A model generated the notes under the pieces. The model was not told the DNA's origin and made no database searches. It was given only the letters and a program-made list of their open reading frames with translations. From Macrostomum hystrix (taxonomy: Eukaryota; Animalia; Platyhelminthes): a DNA stretch of 64,000 bases. Where the stretch lies: assembly GCA_950097015.1 (NCBI GenBank), contig CATNEN010000001.1, forward strand, positions 7,006,001 to 7,070,000, written 5' to 3'. The position numbers were made by a program, and so were the translations under genes. Below, in pieces: positions 31,982-44,379 of this stretch; the first letter of the stretch is position 1, and each line of letters begins with the position of its first letter.

Positions 31982-34900
31982 TCAAGAATCCACAGCCCAG
32001 CTGTTAGTGAGCAGGAAGCCGCAGGCCAGTAGCCAGAAGATCATTAGTGCCATTGCGAGAAGTTTGTCGCCTAGTAGCTGTTCGGAGCTAAGATTATGAC
32101 ACCTACGGCTGCTCGCTGCAGTCAGGCTTGACAACTCCGCCTGCAATAGTTGATTGTTAATTAACAAAGCGTTATATTAAAGCACAGCAAATTGTATTAA
32201 AGTGCTACGCATTTGTTAAAGTGAATAGCTTTGCATAAAAGTTTTATGCAAAGTATTTAGTTAATTTAAAAAATTAGAGCGCAATCTAAAAAGTTGCAAA
32301 TAGAAACCTGATACCAAATATAGCAAACCAAAACAATTAAATAGCAAAAGTAAAATTACTATATTAGCGGCCCTAGCAACAAAGAGTTTTCCATAGCAAC
32401 CAGAGTTCTTTTCATTTAATGACAGTTTTTAACCACTTTTATTAGTTAAAAAGCGGATAACTATATTTTAGCATCTAATAGAGTAAGTAGAAATTATAAA
32501 TCCATAGCAACCGTGAAACGCCATCGACAACTAAAGCGCGTCCATAGAAACTAAGAAAATTTCTAACAAAATAAAAGCCTAATTAACAAAAATTAAATAA
32601 AGCCGTAACAATAAGAAAACGTACAAACAAACGATCGATGAAAAGACCATAGCAACTACCTAAGGTAGAATATGTCCATAAAAAGTCCATATCCAATAAG
32701 GTCAAAATAGACACAAATCATAATAAATATAAAAGCTTTTATAGCAACCATAAGGTTTCTATAAAAACTAAAGAGCGCAACCATAGAGTTTCCATAGCAA
32801 TCACAGAGTTTCCAAAGCAACCTCAGAGTTCCCATAGCAACAATAGAACACCACAGCAACCTTAGAGTTTCCATAGCAACCTCAGAGTTTCCATAGCAAC
32901 CTCAGAGTTTCCATAGCAACCTTAGAGTTTCCATAGCAACCTTAGAGTTTCCATAGCAATCACAGAGTTTCCATAGCAACAATAGAACACCACAGCAACC
33001 TTAGAGTTTCCAAAGCAACCTCAGAGTTTCCATAGCAGCAATAGAACACCACAGCAACCTTAGAGTTTCCATAGCAACCTCAGAGTTTCCATAGCAACCT
33101 CAGAGTTTCCATAGCAACCTCAGAGTTTCCATAGCAACCTCAGAGTTTCCATAGCAACCTTAGAGTTTCCATAGCAACCTAAAAGTTTCCATAGCAATCA
33201 CAGAGTTTCCATAGCAACAATAGAACACCACAGCAACCTTAGAGTTTCCATAGCAACCTCAGAGCTTCCATAGCAACCACAGAGTTTCCATAGCAAAAAT
33301 AGTTTTAGACAAACTTGATCAACACTATCTGATGACCCTCCTAGCAAACAAAAAGATTACCCCTATAAAGACTTGAAAAACTCACCTCGGACACTCCCAG
33401 CCGTTGGCACAGGTCTAACAGACGACCGCGTCCGCTAGGCGATATAGGCGGCGCTGAGCCATTGGGCCCGCCATTCTGCAGTTTGGTCAGTTCGGCCAAG
33501 CGTCCGAGCAGTTCACCGTCGGCCAGCCGTTCGGCCAGCCGGTCAAGCTGATCGGGCAGGCGAATGCCGAGTCGACGCTCAACAATGGAACGCATTGCTA
33601 CCACAGCGGCTGCGTCGGCTGCGGAGAGCTGATTAGAGGCTTCGTAAGCCGTGCTCTGGGCGTGTGGAGCTGAGACAAGGGCTGGAAAAATTCGAGTAAA
33701 AAAACAGCTGTAAATTGGCGCTATCGTTCTGCCTTAGCAACAGAGATGTTTGTCATAGCAACAGTGATGTTTGTCATAGCTACAGAGATGTTTGTCATAG
33801 CAACAGAGATTCCTCTCATAGCAACAGAGATTATTTTCATAGCAACAGAGATTCCTCTCATAGCAACAGAGATTCCTCACATAGCAACAGAGATTCCTCT
33901 CATAGCAACAGAGATTATTTTCATAGCAACAGAGATTCCTCTCATAGCAACAGAGATTCCTCACATAGCAACAGAGATTCCTCTCATAGCAACAGAGATT
34001 ATTTTCATAGCAACAGAGATTCCTCACATAGCAACAGAGATTCCTCACATAGCAACAGAGATTCCTCTCATAGCAACAGAGATTCCTCACATAGCAACAG
34101 AGATTCCTCTCATAGCAACAGAGATTCCTCTCATAGCAACAGAGATTCCTCACATAGCAACAGAGATTCCTCTCATAGCAACAGAGATTCCTCTCATAGC
34201 AACAGAGATTCCTCACATAGCAACAGAGATTCCTCTCATAGCAACAGAGATTCCTCTCATAGCAACAGAGATGGGTCTCGATGGGTTTAAATTTCATAGA
34301 CATCAAACTACATAAAAACTCGCAATTTAATTTGTTAACGCCAATCGCAAAGGAGTCTTCAACGTTAGCGTGCGAGGCAGCGATTCCGCAAGCACCGCCA
34401 GGTCGTCGTCTTGGCAAAGTGGAACTGCCACCAAGTCGGCTAGACTGAGCCTCCAGGCGTTGCATTACTGAGCTACTGGAACTAAACTGCACTAAAGCAC
34501 CGGACGAGACTTGCTGAGTAGCCGAAGACGAATTTGAGACCGTTGACACTCGACGGTGTGGCTGCGACAACTGCTGTGGTATCGGCTGAGTTGGTTCGTG
34601 AGAGAATGGGTTGGGTAATGTTATACAAGTGAATGGTCATGTTTATCAGATGTTTCAGAGATGAGACACGGGACAGATAAGACAGGCGAGACATGAGACA
34701 GGGGAGAGATAAGAAAGGGGAGAGATGAGACACAGGAGAGATGATATATGGGAGAGATGAGACATGGGAGAGATGAGACATGGGAGATATGAGACATGGG
34801 AGAAATGAGACATGGGAGAGATGAGACAGGGGAGAGATGAGACACGGAAGAGATGAGACACGCAAGAGATGAGACACAGGAGAGATGAGACAAGGGAGAG

Positions 34901-37900
34901 ATGAGAGAGGGGAGAGATGATACAGGGGAGAGATGAGACAAGGAAGATAAAGTTCTTGGAGTTCTTTTAGCAGCATCAACTTAAAATGGAAGCTATTAAA
35001 CTCAAACTTCCTTAATGTCAGAATCCATGCGCTAACATCTCATATAATAAATTGCGTTGCAAAATAACTTTTTGATTTAAACTATTCATGCATCGATTCA
35101 AAAGCATTAAAATTTATCATAGAAACATTCATGAAGAAATACCTTAGCAACACTCGACGAAAAGTCTGTTAGTTACCAATTAATTTGTAAAAAATCAATT
35201 TAAACCAGTCACATGACTTGTGCATTTCCGATTCACAGATTTGATTCCAGATTCTCTGGTTAAATTGCGGATTCTTAGGTTCGATTCCAGATTCTCTGGT
35301 TCGATTCCAGATTCTCTGGTTCGATTCTAGATTCTTAGGTTCGATTCCAGATTCTTAGGTTCGATTCCAGATTCCTAGGTTCGATTCCAGATTCTTAGTT
35401 TCGATTCCAGATTCTCTGGTTCGATTCCAGATTCTCTGGTTCGATTCCAGATTCTTAGGTTCGATTCCAGATTCTTAGGTTCGATTCCAGATTCTTAGGT
35501 TCGATTCCAGATTCTTAGGTTCGATTCCAGATTCTTAGGTTCGATTCCAGATTCTTAGGTTCGATTCCAGATTCTTAGGTTCGATTCCAGATTCTTAGGT
35601 TCGATTCCAGATTCTTAGGTTCGATTCCAGATTCTTAGGTTCGATTCCAGATTCTTAGGTTCGATTCCAGATTCTTAGGTTCGATTCCAGATTCTCTGGT
35701 TCGATTCCAAATTATAGGTTCAATTCCAGATTCTCTGGCTCGATTCCAGATCCTTAGGTTCGATTCCAGATTCTTAGGTTCGATTCCAGATTCTCTGGTT
35801 CGATTCCAAATTATAGGTTCAATTCCAGATTCTCTGGCTCGATTCCAGATTCTTAGGTTCGATTACAGATAACCTGATTCGATTCCTGATAACCTGGTTT
35901 GATCGAAACAGATCCCAATGTTAGGAATTTTCCCGATAGAAAAATGCATAGATTTTCTGTCAAAAGGGTGTTACTTTTTTGTCAGGAAAATCGTCATCGA
36001 ATCAAGTTAAATTCATTTAATAAAGCTCTACTTACAGACAGTCCATCTCCACTGCAATCGCTGAAATCTTCCGATACGGCAATCATCATAGGCATATTAG
36101 TATCGATTGAATCCTTCATGCGAACATCCGGTGGCGTAAATGGCTGTCTATGGGCCAACTTGACTGTTTGCGACTGTTGACGCCTCTGATTCCGCGGCCT
36201 TCCGCCGCCAGCTTTGGCATAATGCCATGGCAACTCGGCCCCGGAGCTGAAGGCGGCCAAATATTTGAGCACGTGACTCGGCCCACGAGCGCAGACATGA
36301 GTCGGCGGACAGCTCATGGGATTCAATTCTAGATTTAGCTGGGTTAAGCATGACTGCATCGAGCTAAATGTCGGCGGAATACTCGTCAACAGATTGACAG
36401 ACAAGTCCAGACAGCGAAGTCTGAGTTGGCACCATTCTAAATTGAAGCAGAAGCGGTTGAGTTGGGTTGAGCTGAGCTCGATAATAATCACTGAAGTATT
36501 TGGAAAAATCTATCCAAATCTGACCAATCTGAGGATCTGAGTAGGGCTGTGACCCAATCTGAGGATCTGAGTAGGGCTGTGACCCAATCTGAGGATCTGA
36601 GCAGGGTTGTGACCCAATCTGAGGATCTGAGTAGGGCTGTGACCCAATCTGAGGATCTGAGTAGGGCTGTGACCCAATCTGAGGATCTGAGTAGGGCTGT
36701 GACCCAATCTGAGGATATAAGTAGGGCTGTGACCCAATCTGAGGATCTGAGTAAGGCTGTGACCCAATCTGAGGATCTGAGTAGGGCTGTGACCCAATCT
36801 GAGGATCTGAGTAGGGCTGTGACCCAATCTGAGGATCTGAGTAGGGCTGTGACCCAATCTGAGGATCTGAGCAGGGCTGTGATCCTGAGTAGGGCTCAGT
36901 AGGGCTGTGACCTTATCTTAGACAGGGTTGGAGCTACAATGATTGGAAAATCTGGCACTTAATTAAGAAAAATATTTTAATGATATTGAAATATAAAAGT
37001 TTATTAAAAGTACTACTTACCACTAGGCACACTTTCCAATGCATTATTTCTTAATTTTAGAGTTTTTAGATTTTTTAGATTGCCCAAATTAGGCGAAACA
37101 TCATGCAGCTGATTATTTGAAACATCCTGAAGATGAAAAATAAGTTTAAGAAATATGGATATACATGCTTTAAAACCTCGATCAAGTTTTAAACATATCA
37201 AAAAGTATTTTTTGTGAAACTTACAAGAACCACAAGCTCAGTGAGATTGGCACATTCATCTGGCAATCTGACTATTTTGTTATTGCAAATAATTAGCACT
37301 TGTAATTGGCTAAGCCGGTAGAGAGGCCTAGGTAGCTCAGTCAGACAATTATAGCTCAAATCCAATTGTTGCAAACTGCGTAACTGATCAAAATCATCTG
37401 GCAAGCTTTTTAACAAATTGTGACTAAGATTACAAGCTGATAAGAAGGGACAGTTGTAGAGCTGCTTTGGATAGTCTGTTATTTTGTTCTGTGATAAATC
37501 TGAAATTTTAAACAATAAAATAAGCATTTTATTTTGTTGTTTGGTTACTTAGTTATTTTGTTACCACTTTAGTTACCACAATTGAGTTGCAACTCAATAA
37601 TAAATGCAAGTGGAAGACAGCAAATTATTTCCAGCTGGAACATTAGACAACATTTTTTAAAAGGTCTTTTTATATGCACACAGTACACAAAATTCAAAAA
37701 GGTGTTCTATCAATTAGCTTGTTTCATTAATTATGTCATAATAATTGGAGCACTCAATGACACATTTAAATTTTGTGAAACAGATTTAGGCATATATATA
37801 TATAATAACTGATGCTAAACAGAGTTTTTGTTAATCTTAGCATAATACTCTTCCTAGTATACCTGGTAAATACTTTATTTTCAGGTGGCTTTTGATATAC

Positions 37901-38358
37901 ATATAATATGATCTTGACTATGCATCTAGCTAATAATTATATAGCTTTTAACATAGCACAGCAAAAAATACCATTAGTAAGCAGAGTTAAAATAGCGTAT
38001 TTGTTATGTCATTTTTTATTGGCCTACAATTTTTATATATTTAGAACTAAGAACTATGCTTTTCAAGGCTGTAAATGCATAGCAGCATAGGTACATAAAG
38101 CATTTCATTTTTTTCTACATGAAATTTATAAAAACAATTACCACAATTTGCTAAATTAAATAGTAGTAAAACTGCAACAGTTAAAGAATTTCCAACAAAC
38201 TTACCAAGAGTCAACAGGTCGCCAAAGTTGAATTTAATAGCAATAGAAGGAAATGACTTCAGAGTTCGCTTGGAAAGACGCAGAACACCCGATTGCTCAG
38301 CCACAGAAAGGGCTCTCTCAATTAAGTTATCCTTGTTAATGTCAAATAAGATGGACAT
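31982..38358 (-). CDS. lrch: LRCH-like leucine-rich repeat / calponin-homology protein with C-terminal hydrophobic anchor (~550 aa); exons 38358-38205, 37499-37225, 37126-37021, 36436-36036, 34585-34324, 33681-33386, 32140-31982
   Basis: N-terminal IERALSVAEQSGVLRLSKRTLKSFP; LRRs DLSQNKI, NLSHNLL, DLSYNCL, DVSNNQL, DLSVNLL; cap NPMSCPPTHVCARG; CH start MRSIVERRLGIRLP..LADGELLGRLA; TM-like LLAMALMIFWLLACGFLL; phases sum to 551 codons if intron 5 uses a GC donor. Confidence 0.85.
32770..33300. repeat. 20-bp minisatellite (CTCAGAGTTTCCATAGCAAC) containing an X-box-like motif
   Basis: Tandem units in LRCH intron 6. Confidence 0.95.
33735..34272. repeat. 21-bp minisatellite (CATAGCAACAGAGATTCCTCT) in LRCH intron 5
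   Basis: Tandem periodicity. Confidence 0.95.
34657..34945. repeat. 16-bp minisatellite (GAGATGAGACATGGGA)
   Basis: Reverse complement of the arrays at 48150 and 61570. Confidence 0.9.
35235..35895. repeat. 20-bp minisatellite (TCGATTCCAGATTCTTAGGT)
   Basis: Tandem periodicity in LRCH intron 4. Confidence 0.95.
36520..36912. repeat. 30-bp minisatellite (GACCCAATCTGAGGATCTGAGTAGGGCTGT)
   Basis: Tandem periodicity in LRCH intron 3. Confidence 0.95.
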
Positions 38359-39111
38359 TTTACATTAGCTTTTATTTCGGCTGAGCTGAGCTTAAACATT
38401 CACAGAAAAAATTAAGCAAGTAGACAAATTTATGTGAAGAACTTAACTAAATTAATAGTTAAACTAACTAAAGTACAGCCAATACGAGTGATATAGTAAA
38501 AGCCACCATTTCCTTAACAATATCACCTTACGTGATTGGGAACACCCCGTTTCTACGAAAAAACGAATTCGAATTTATTTCTGTTAGCCTCGAAAAAAGA
38601 GCAAGCATTATAAGAGCTTCGAGATAAAATATGCGGAGCTTATAAAATGTTCTACTTGTGCCTTTTTCTCATATATATTTAAATACTTTGAAAGCTTGTC
38701 AGAGATATCATTAGCGAATGTTTTTATTTGACGTATGAATTCACTTATACTATAAAATGTCGTTCCAGTTTACTGTGTCACAGTGAACTATAAACTGTAT
38801 ATCTGCAGTAAACTGTAAATTTCAAATCCGATTCATTATTTTTACAAAAAAAATTTGCGAAAAAATATATTTTTCCTTCCGAGGGTCTAAACAATTTAAT
38901 TATTGAAATTAATGAATAAATATTTCACTTGTTGGGTATAGCTATACGCATGACACATTTTTACCAAAATTGTATAATTACATTCTAAAATTACTACTCA
39001 CAGAAGTATAGCGAAAATGCTTTAATGATTTATGGAGAAAAACTTCTCTATCATAAGTAGCCGCATACCGTTCGCGTTTGCCGCAGAAAATATATAAATA
39101 TTGTTTCCTTC

Positions 39112-39396
39112 CTGCTTCATGTTTCAGACTCGAAGGTCGGGGGTTCGATTCCCGACTCCACTGGAACAATTTGTGTCCTTTAGCAAGACACTTAACTCTG
39201 CATTGCTTCAGTTCACCCAGCTGTTAAATGGGTAGCAGCCTCAGCTGGGATGATTGAGGGTGGGTGTGGCGTCCCCCCAGTCCATGGACTGAAGAGCTGT
39301 ACGTGCAGCCTTCAGATGCGCCGCGCATTCGCTGCGTCTGTGCTGTCGACTGCCCATCTGACCCATTTGGGGCAGGTGTAATCAATCATTATTATT
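39112..39396 (+). mobile_element. CORE-type tRNA SINE
   Basis: Box B GGTTCGATTCC; GTGTCCTTTAGCAAGACACTTAACTCTGCATTGCTTCAGTTCACCCAGCTGTTAAATGGG resembles the MIR CORE domain; (ATT)n tail; possible TSD TTCCTTC. Confidence 0.82.
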
Positions 39397-40784
39397 CCTT
39401 CAAGCTTTTACATGACTGAACGGCTAGCTCGCAACTATAGTTATAAGGATGTCTTTCGCTTTTTAACTTATAGCGACATATAGAATTGGCTTAATCGACC
39501 AATCTCACTCACTTACAAACTTCAAGTTATGCTTAGGCTATGTAGTAACAGTCTGTTTTAGTCGGTAGAAGTAAAGGCAATTAAGTAAAATAAGAAATTT
39601 GCTAGCTGAGTTTTCAGGTTGTAACGATTTCCTAAATAAATCCCATGCTTAGGCTTCCATACAGGAAAACTGCATGTGCTTGTCTGTCAAAGCTAGCTGT
39701 ATGTCAATGGCGGCAAATCAAGCTGGTATCAACCTGCAACCTTAACCGACAGTTGAAAGGAATTCCTTCCGTCGAGTTAACGAGGTCGAGACGTATATCG
39801 ACTCAGTTGTTGAAGCATTTTAAATGTCGATTCCTGCAGAGCAGTGTCTCATTAGAAGTGGACTCTGAAAATTTGTATTAATGACTGACTTTCTGTAACT
39901 ATCGTTTTATTTTGACATGGCATGCAAAAATATATTATGCAGTCACTGCATAAGTCTGTCAGAAAGTGAAAAACTAAAATTTATATTATTTTAAATAGGC
40001 GTGACTTCAAATGAAAGAAGTAAAGAAAGACATCTATAATGTAGTAGCCCATTACGTATGTAAGTAGCAGCAGCAGCAGCTACTACTGCTATTGATGAAT
40101 GTGTAATAAATTATGTTGATTGGGGATCTGTCCGACAAATGCCAACGTGATGTTGTCAGAATGACAGCCGTAGATGACGAGCTAATCAAAAATGTGTCCT
40201 ATACTACTATAGGTGTTTGGTATGAGCGATTAATTATTTAGTAGCCATAAGTAGGCATTGTCATCAACACCTACCTTGGGTATCATTTTGCCACTTCACA
40301 GAGTTGCAGGTGTCTAAAATATATGCGTTAGGAAGACATGCTTTAGTAGAAGCACCAATTTGGTCTGCAAGGTTTTTTTCGCGTAGGCTAAAAACTTGGA
40401 AACAAATTGCTGCTGTGTAGAGGTGAATGATGGCACACACATGCTATTATGAAGAGGGGATTTTCTCCCACTTTCACTCACCTTCTCATCCGGCTGTATG
40501 AAATCCCATTTCCTAAATAAAACCTTCTTTCTTTACTTCTCTTGTGTTTTGTTCATTTAGGCTAACTTTTTGTTAGCCACAATCTATAATACCTGCTTGG
40601 CATGGACCCTCTCAATGGACCATTCTATAAGACATGCTGGGAAAAAATTATCGATTAAAATTGACGAAGAGATTTTTAATTAGACAAAAAAGTGATTGAG
40701 TCGCGAGAATACGTGACGCTGCTAAACAAGTCTAAACCTGACAATGAGCATGGTCTCACACGAAGGAAAATCTGTTAACTTGAG

Positions 40785-41470
40785 AACGGCTAATCTAACC
40801 ATGAGAAATGCTAATCTAGGAATAGCTAATCTCACCCTGAGAAATGCTAATCTAGGAATAGCTAATCTCACCCTGAGAAATGCTAATCTAGGAATAGCTA
40901 ATCTCACCCTGAGAAATGCTAATCTAGGAATAGCTAATCTCACCCTGAGAAATGCTAATCTAGGAATAGCTAATCTCACCCTGAGAAATGCTAATCTAGG
41001 AATAGCTAATCTCACCCTGAGAAATGCTAATCTAGGAATAGCTAATCTCATCCCGAAGATTAAGTCTACAATCTCACCCTGAGAATTATTTATCTCACCC
41101 TGAAAATTTTCGATCTCGTAGTTAGATGGGCCAATCGTACCCTGAGAAAAAATACTCTCACTCAGATAATTACTAATATCACCCTGAGAATGATTTATCT
41201 CTATGAGAATGATTGATCTCACAATGAGAATGATTGATCACACTATGAGAATGGTTGATCTCACTATGAGAATGACTGATCACACTATAAGAATGATTGA
41301 TCACACTATGAGAATGATTGATCACACAATAAGAATGATTGATCACACTATGAGAATGATTGATCACACTATGAGAATGGTTGATCTCACTATGAGAATG
41401 ACTGATCACACTATAAGAATGATTGATCACACTATGAGAATGATTGATCACACTATGAGAATAATTGATG
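40785..41470. repeat. Adjacent 36-bp (GCTAATCTCACCCTGAGAAATGCTAATCTAGGAATA) and 21-bp (GAGAATGATTGATCACACTAT) minisatellites
   Basis: Tandem periodicity. Confidence 0.92.
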
Positions 41471-42379
41471 ACGTATGACGAATAGTTAAGAAAAACATGA
41501 ACTCATGAACTCATAGCTTTAAAGAAATGTAGATAATTAAAATTTTTGTTAGGATGCTCAGCTTGAATTGTCGCTTCTTTGTAGCGAATTCAAAGTGGCA
41601 AAACAGTTGCAGGTCTTCAAACTTTAGTTTGACATTGCTCCTTTGTGACACAAGGGGATTTTAAAAACACTAAAACTGAGCAGAAAGAATTCAAAATTCA
41701 CTGAAGCGTTTTAACTTCAATGCTGCATGCTTTGGCTTTAAGCAGTGATTTTAATGAAGACCTTGCAGTTCATATTCAAGCCGCTGCTGCTGCTGCTGCT
41801 GCTGTTGCTGCTAGTTTTTCTAAATACAAGAAACAACCAAAAAGTTTTCAAAGAAAAAATAAGCCAAGAATTGCTTTCTTAATCCTCAAACTCTGCTGTT
41901 TGTCAAATATGATTTTTTATAAATTGGCTGTCCCTTGTGTGTTTGTCACAACTCGCGCGTGTCTAAGGACCAATGATACGCGACTGACTGACCACCAAAC
42001 AGCCTGGAATGCTGATTCTTATCTATTTATTGTGGGTCAAGCAGCTGCCTTGACTTGCCTTTAATTCCGTCCCCCACACGACAGTCAGTCTTAAGCGTTT
42101 CAGCATGCATGCCATCTATGAATTAAACCCATTACTCAAGACAACCCGGTCTTCTCTATATATGTGCGTATGCATTTGAGAGCATAACAGTTTAACAGTT
42201 GCATCCACTTCCAATAGTCGGTTTGTTTGGATTAAGAGATGGTATTTCATTTCAGCTGAGAATCACGTTCAATTATATTCTTACCTGCAGAGCAGATTGC
42301 TTATGAATAAAGGATTTAGAAGAGATGAATAATAGAAAGATGAAACGGTGGAATAAGAGCTGCTCAAATATTGATTGCA

Positions 42380-43755
42380 GGGATGTGAGATAGACGAGAA
42401 TTTATATTGAGATAGATGACAGTAGATTGTGAGATAGAAGAGAATAGATTGTGAGATTGACGGGAGTAGATTGTGAGATTGACGGGAGTAGATTGTGAGA
42501 TTGACGGGAGTAGATTGCGAGATAGACGAGAATAGATTGTGAGATAGACGACAGTAGATTGTGAGATAGGCGAGAATAAATTGTAAGATACACGAGAATA
42601 GATTGTGAGATAGACGGGAAGAGATTGTGAGATAGACGAGAATAGATTAAGAGATTGACGGGAGTAGATTGTGAGATTGACGGGAGTAGATTGTAAGATT
42701 GACGGGAGTAGATTGCGAGATAGACGAGAATAGATTGTGAGATAGACGACAGTAGATTGTGAAATAGGCGAGAATAGATTGTGAGATTGACGGGAGTAGA
42801 TTGTGAGATTGACGGGAGTAGATTGTGAGATAGACGAGAATAGATTGTGAGATAGGCGAGAATAGATTGTGAGATAGGCGAGAATAGATTGCGAGACAGA
42901 CGAGAATAGATTGCGAGACAGACGAGAATAGATTGTGAGATAGAAGAGAGTAGACTGTGAGATAGGCGAGAATAGATTGTGAGACAGACGAGAATAGATT
43001 GCGAGACAGACGAGAATAGATTGTGAGATAGAAGAGAGTAGACTGTGAGATAGGCGAGAATAGATTGTGAGATAGACGAGAATAGATTGTGATATAGACG
43101 AGAATAGATTGTGAGATAGACGACAGTAGATTGTGAGATAGGCGAGAATAGATTGTGAGATTGACGGGAGTAGATTGTGAGATTGACGAGAGTAGATTGT
43201 GAGATAGGCGAGAATATATTGTAAGATACACGAGAATAGATTGTTAGTTAGACGAGAATAGATTGTGAGATTGACGGGAGTAGATTGTGAGATAGACGAG
43301 AATATATTGTGAGATAGGCGAGAATAGATTGCGAGACAGACGAGAATAGATTGTGAGACAGACGAGAATAGATTGTGAGATAGAAGAGAGTAGACTGTGA
43401 GATAGGCGAGAATAGATTGTGAGATAGACGAGAATATATTGTGAGACAGACGAGAATAGATTGCGAGACAGACGAGAATAGATTGTGAGATAGAAGAGAG
43501 TAGACTGTGAGATAGGCGAGAATAGATTGTGAGATAGACGAGAATAGATTGTGATATAGACGAGAATAGATTGTGAGATAGACGAGAATAGATTGTGAGA
43601 TAGACGAGAGTAGATTGTGAGATAGACGAGAATATATTGTGAGATAGACGAGAGTAGATTGTGAGATAGACGAGAATATATTGTGAGATAGACGAGAGTA
43701 GATTGTGAGATAGGCGAGAATATATTGTGAGATAGACGAGAGTAGATTGTGAGAT
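42380..43755. repeat. 22-bp minisatellite (GATTGTGAGATAGACGAGAATA)
   Basis: Tandem periodicity. Confidence 0.95.
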
Positions 43756-44379
43756 GGGTTTTTGATAGGCGATCTAGATATGCGAGCTAAATGCCACAAA
43801 TAGATGTGCGTATTTATTGTGGTAAAGATCAAACATTGGAATAAAAAGCTGAAATAATTTACTTTATTTCTAGGAAATCTTACGAAAAAAATATTCATCA
43901 GACAATAAATTTTGTTCTAAAGCAAACAATCAGACATCCCAGTTTCCTTTTTTTAAACAAAAATGGTACTGACTCAAGCTATGAAGACGGAATTTTCAGC
44001 ACGCGAATGGGGATGGGATGATCGGGATAATGCTGAACCCATTCCAAGAAATCGCCATGGCAAAATTTATGGCAGTGCGATTGGCCGAGAGAAAAATGTG
44101 AAGGCAAAATACACAATGGACATAAAAATCTTATCTATCTATCCAGTTATAAGCAACTGATCGCATGCGGACTGTTTTGGGATATTGACAAACCATAAAA
44201 TCCCAGTCACTTTATAATCCCTTCCGCGGTTGGCTAGTGGGATGCTAGTAGCCACCTGTTTATGAGAAACCAATTCAAACGGGATGGACTATGAAATTGA
44301 AGATCTGTTGGAAATTTTCAGCTAATAATACCTGTGGAGCATTTCAAGTGGCATTTCAAAACTATACTGCAATCTAGAA

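Noticed and set aside
33715-34315. SHSNRDS / IATEIP repeat ORFs
   Set aside because: Translations of the 21-bp intronic array within LRCH
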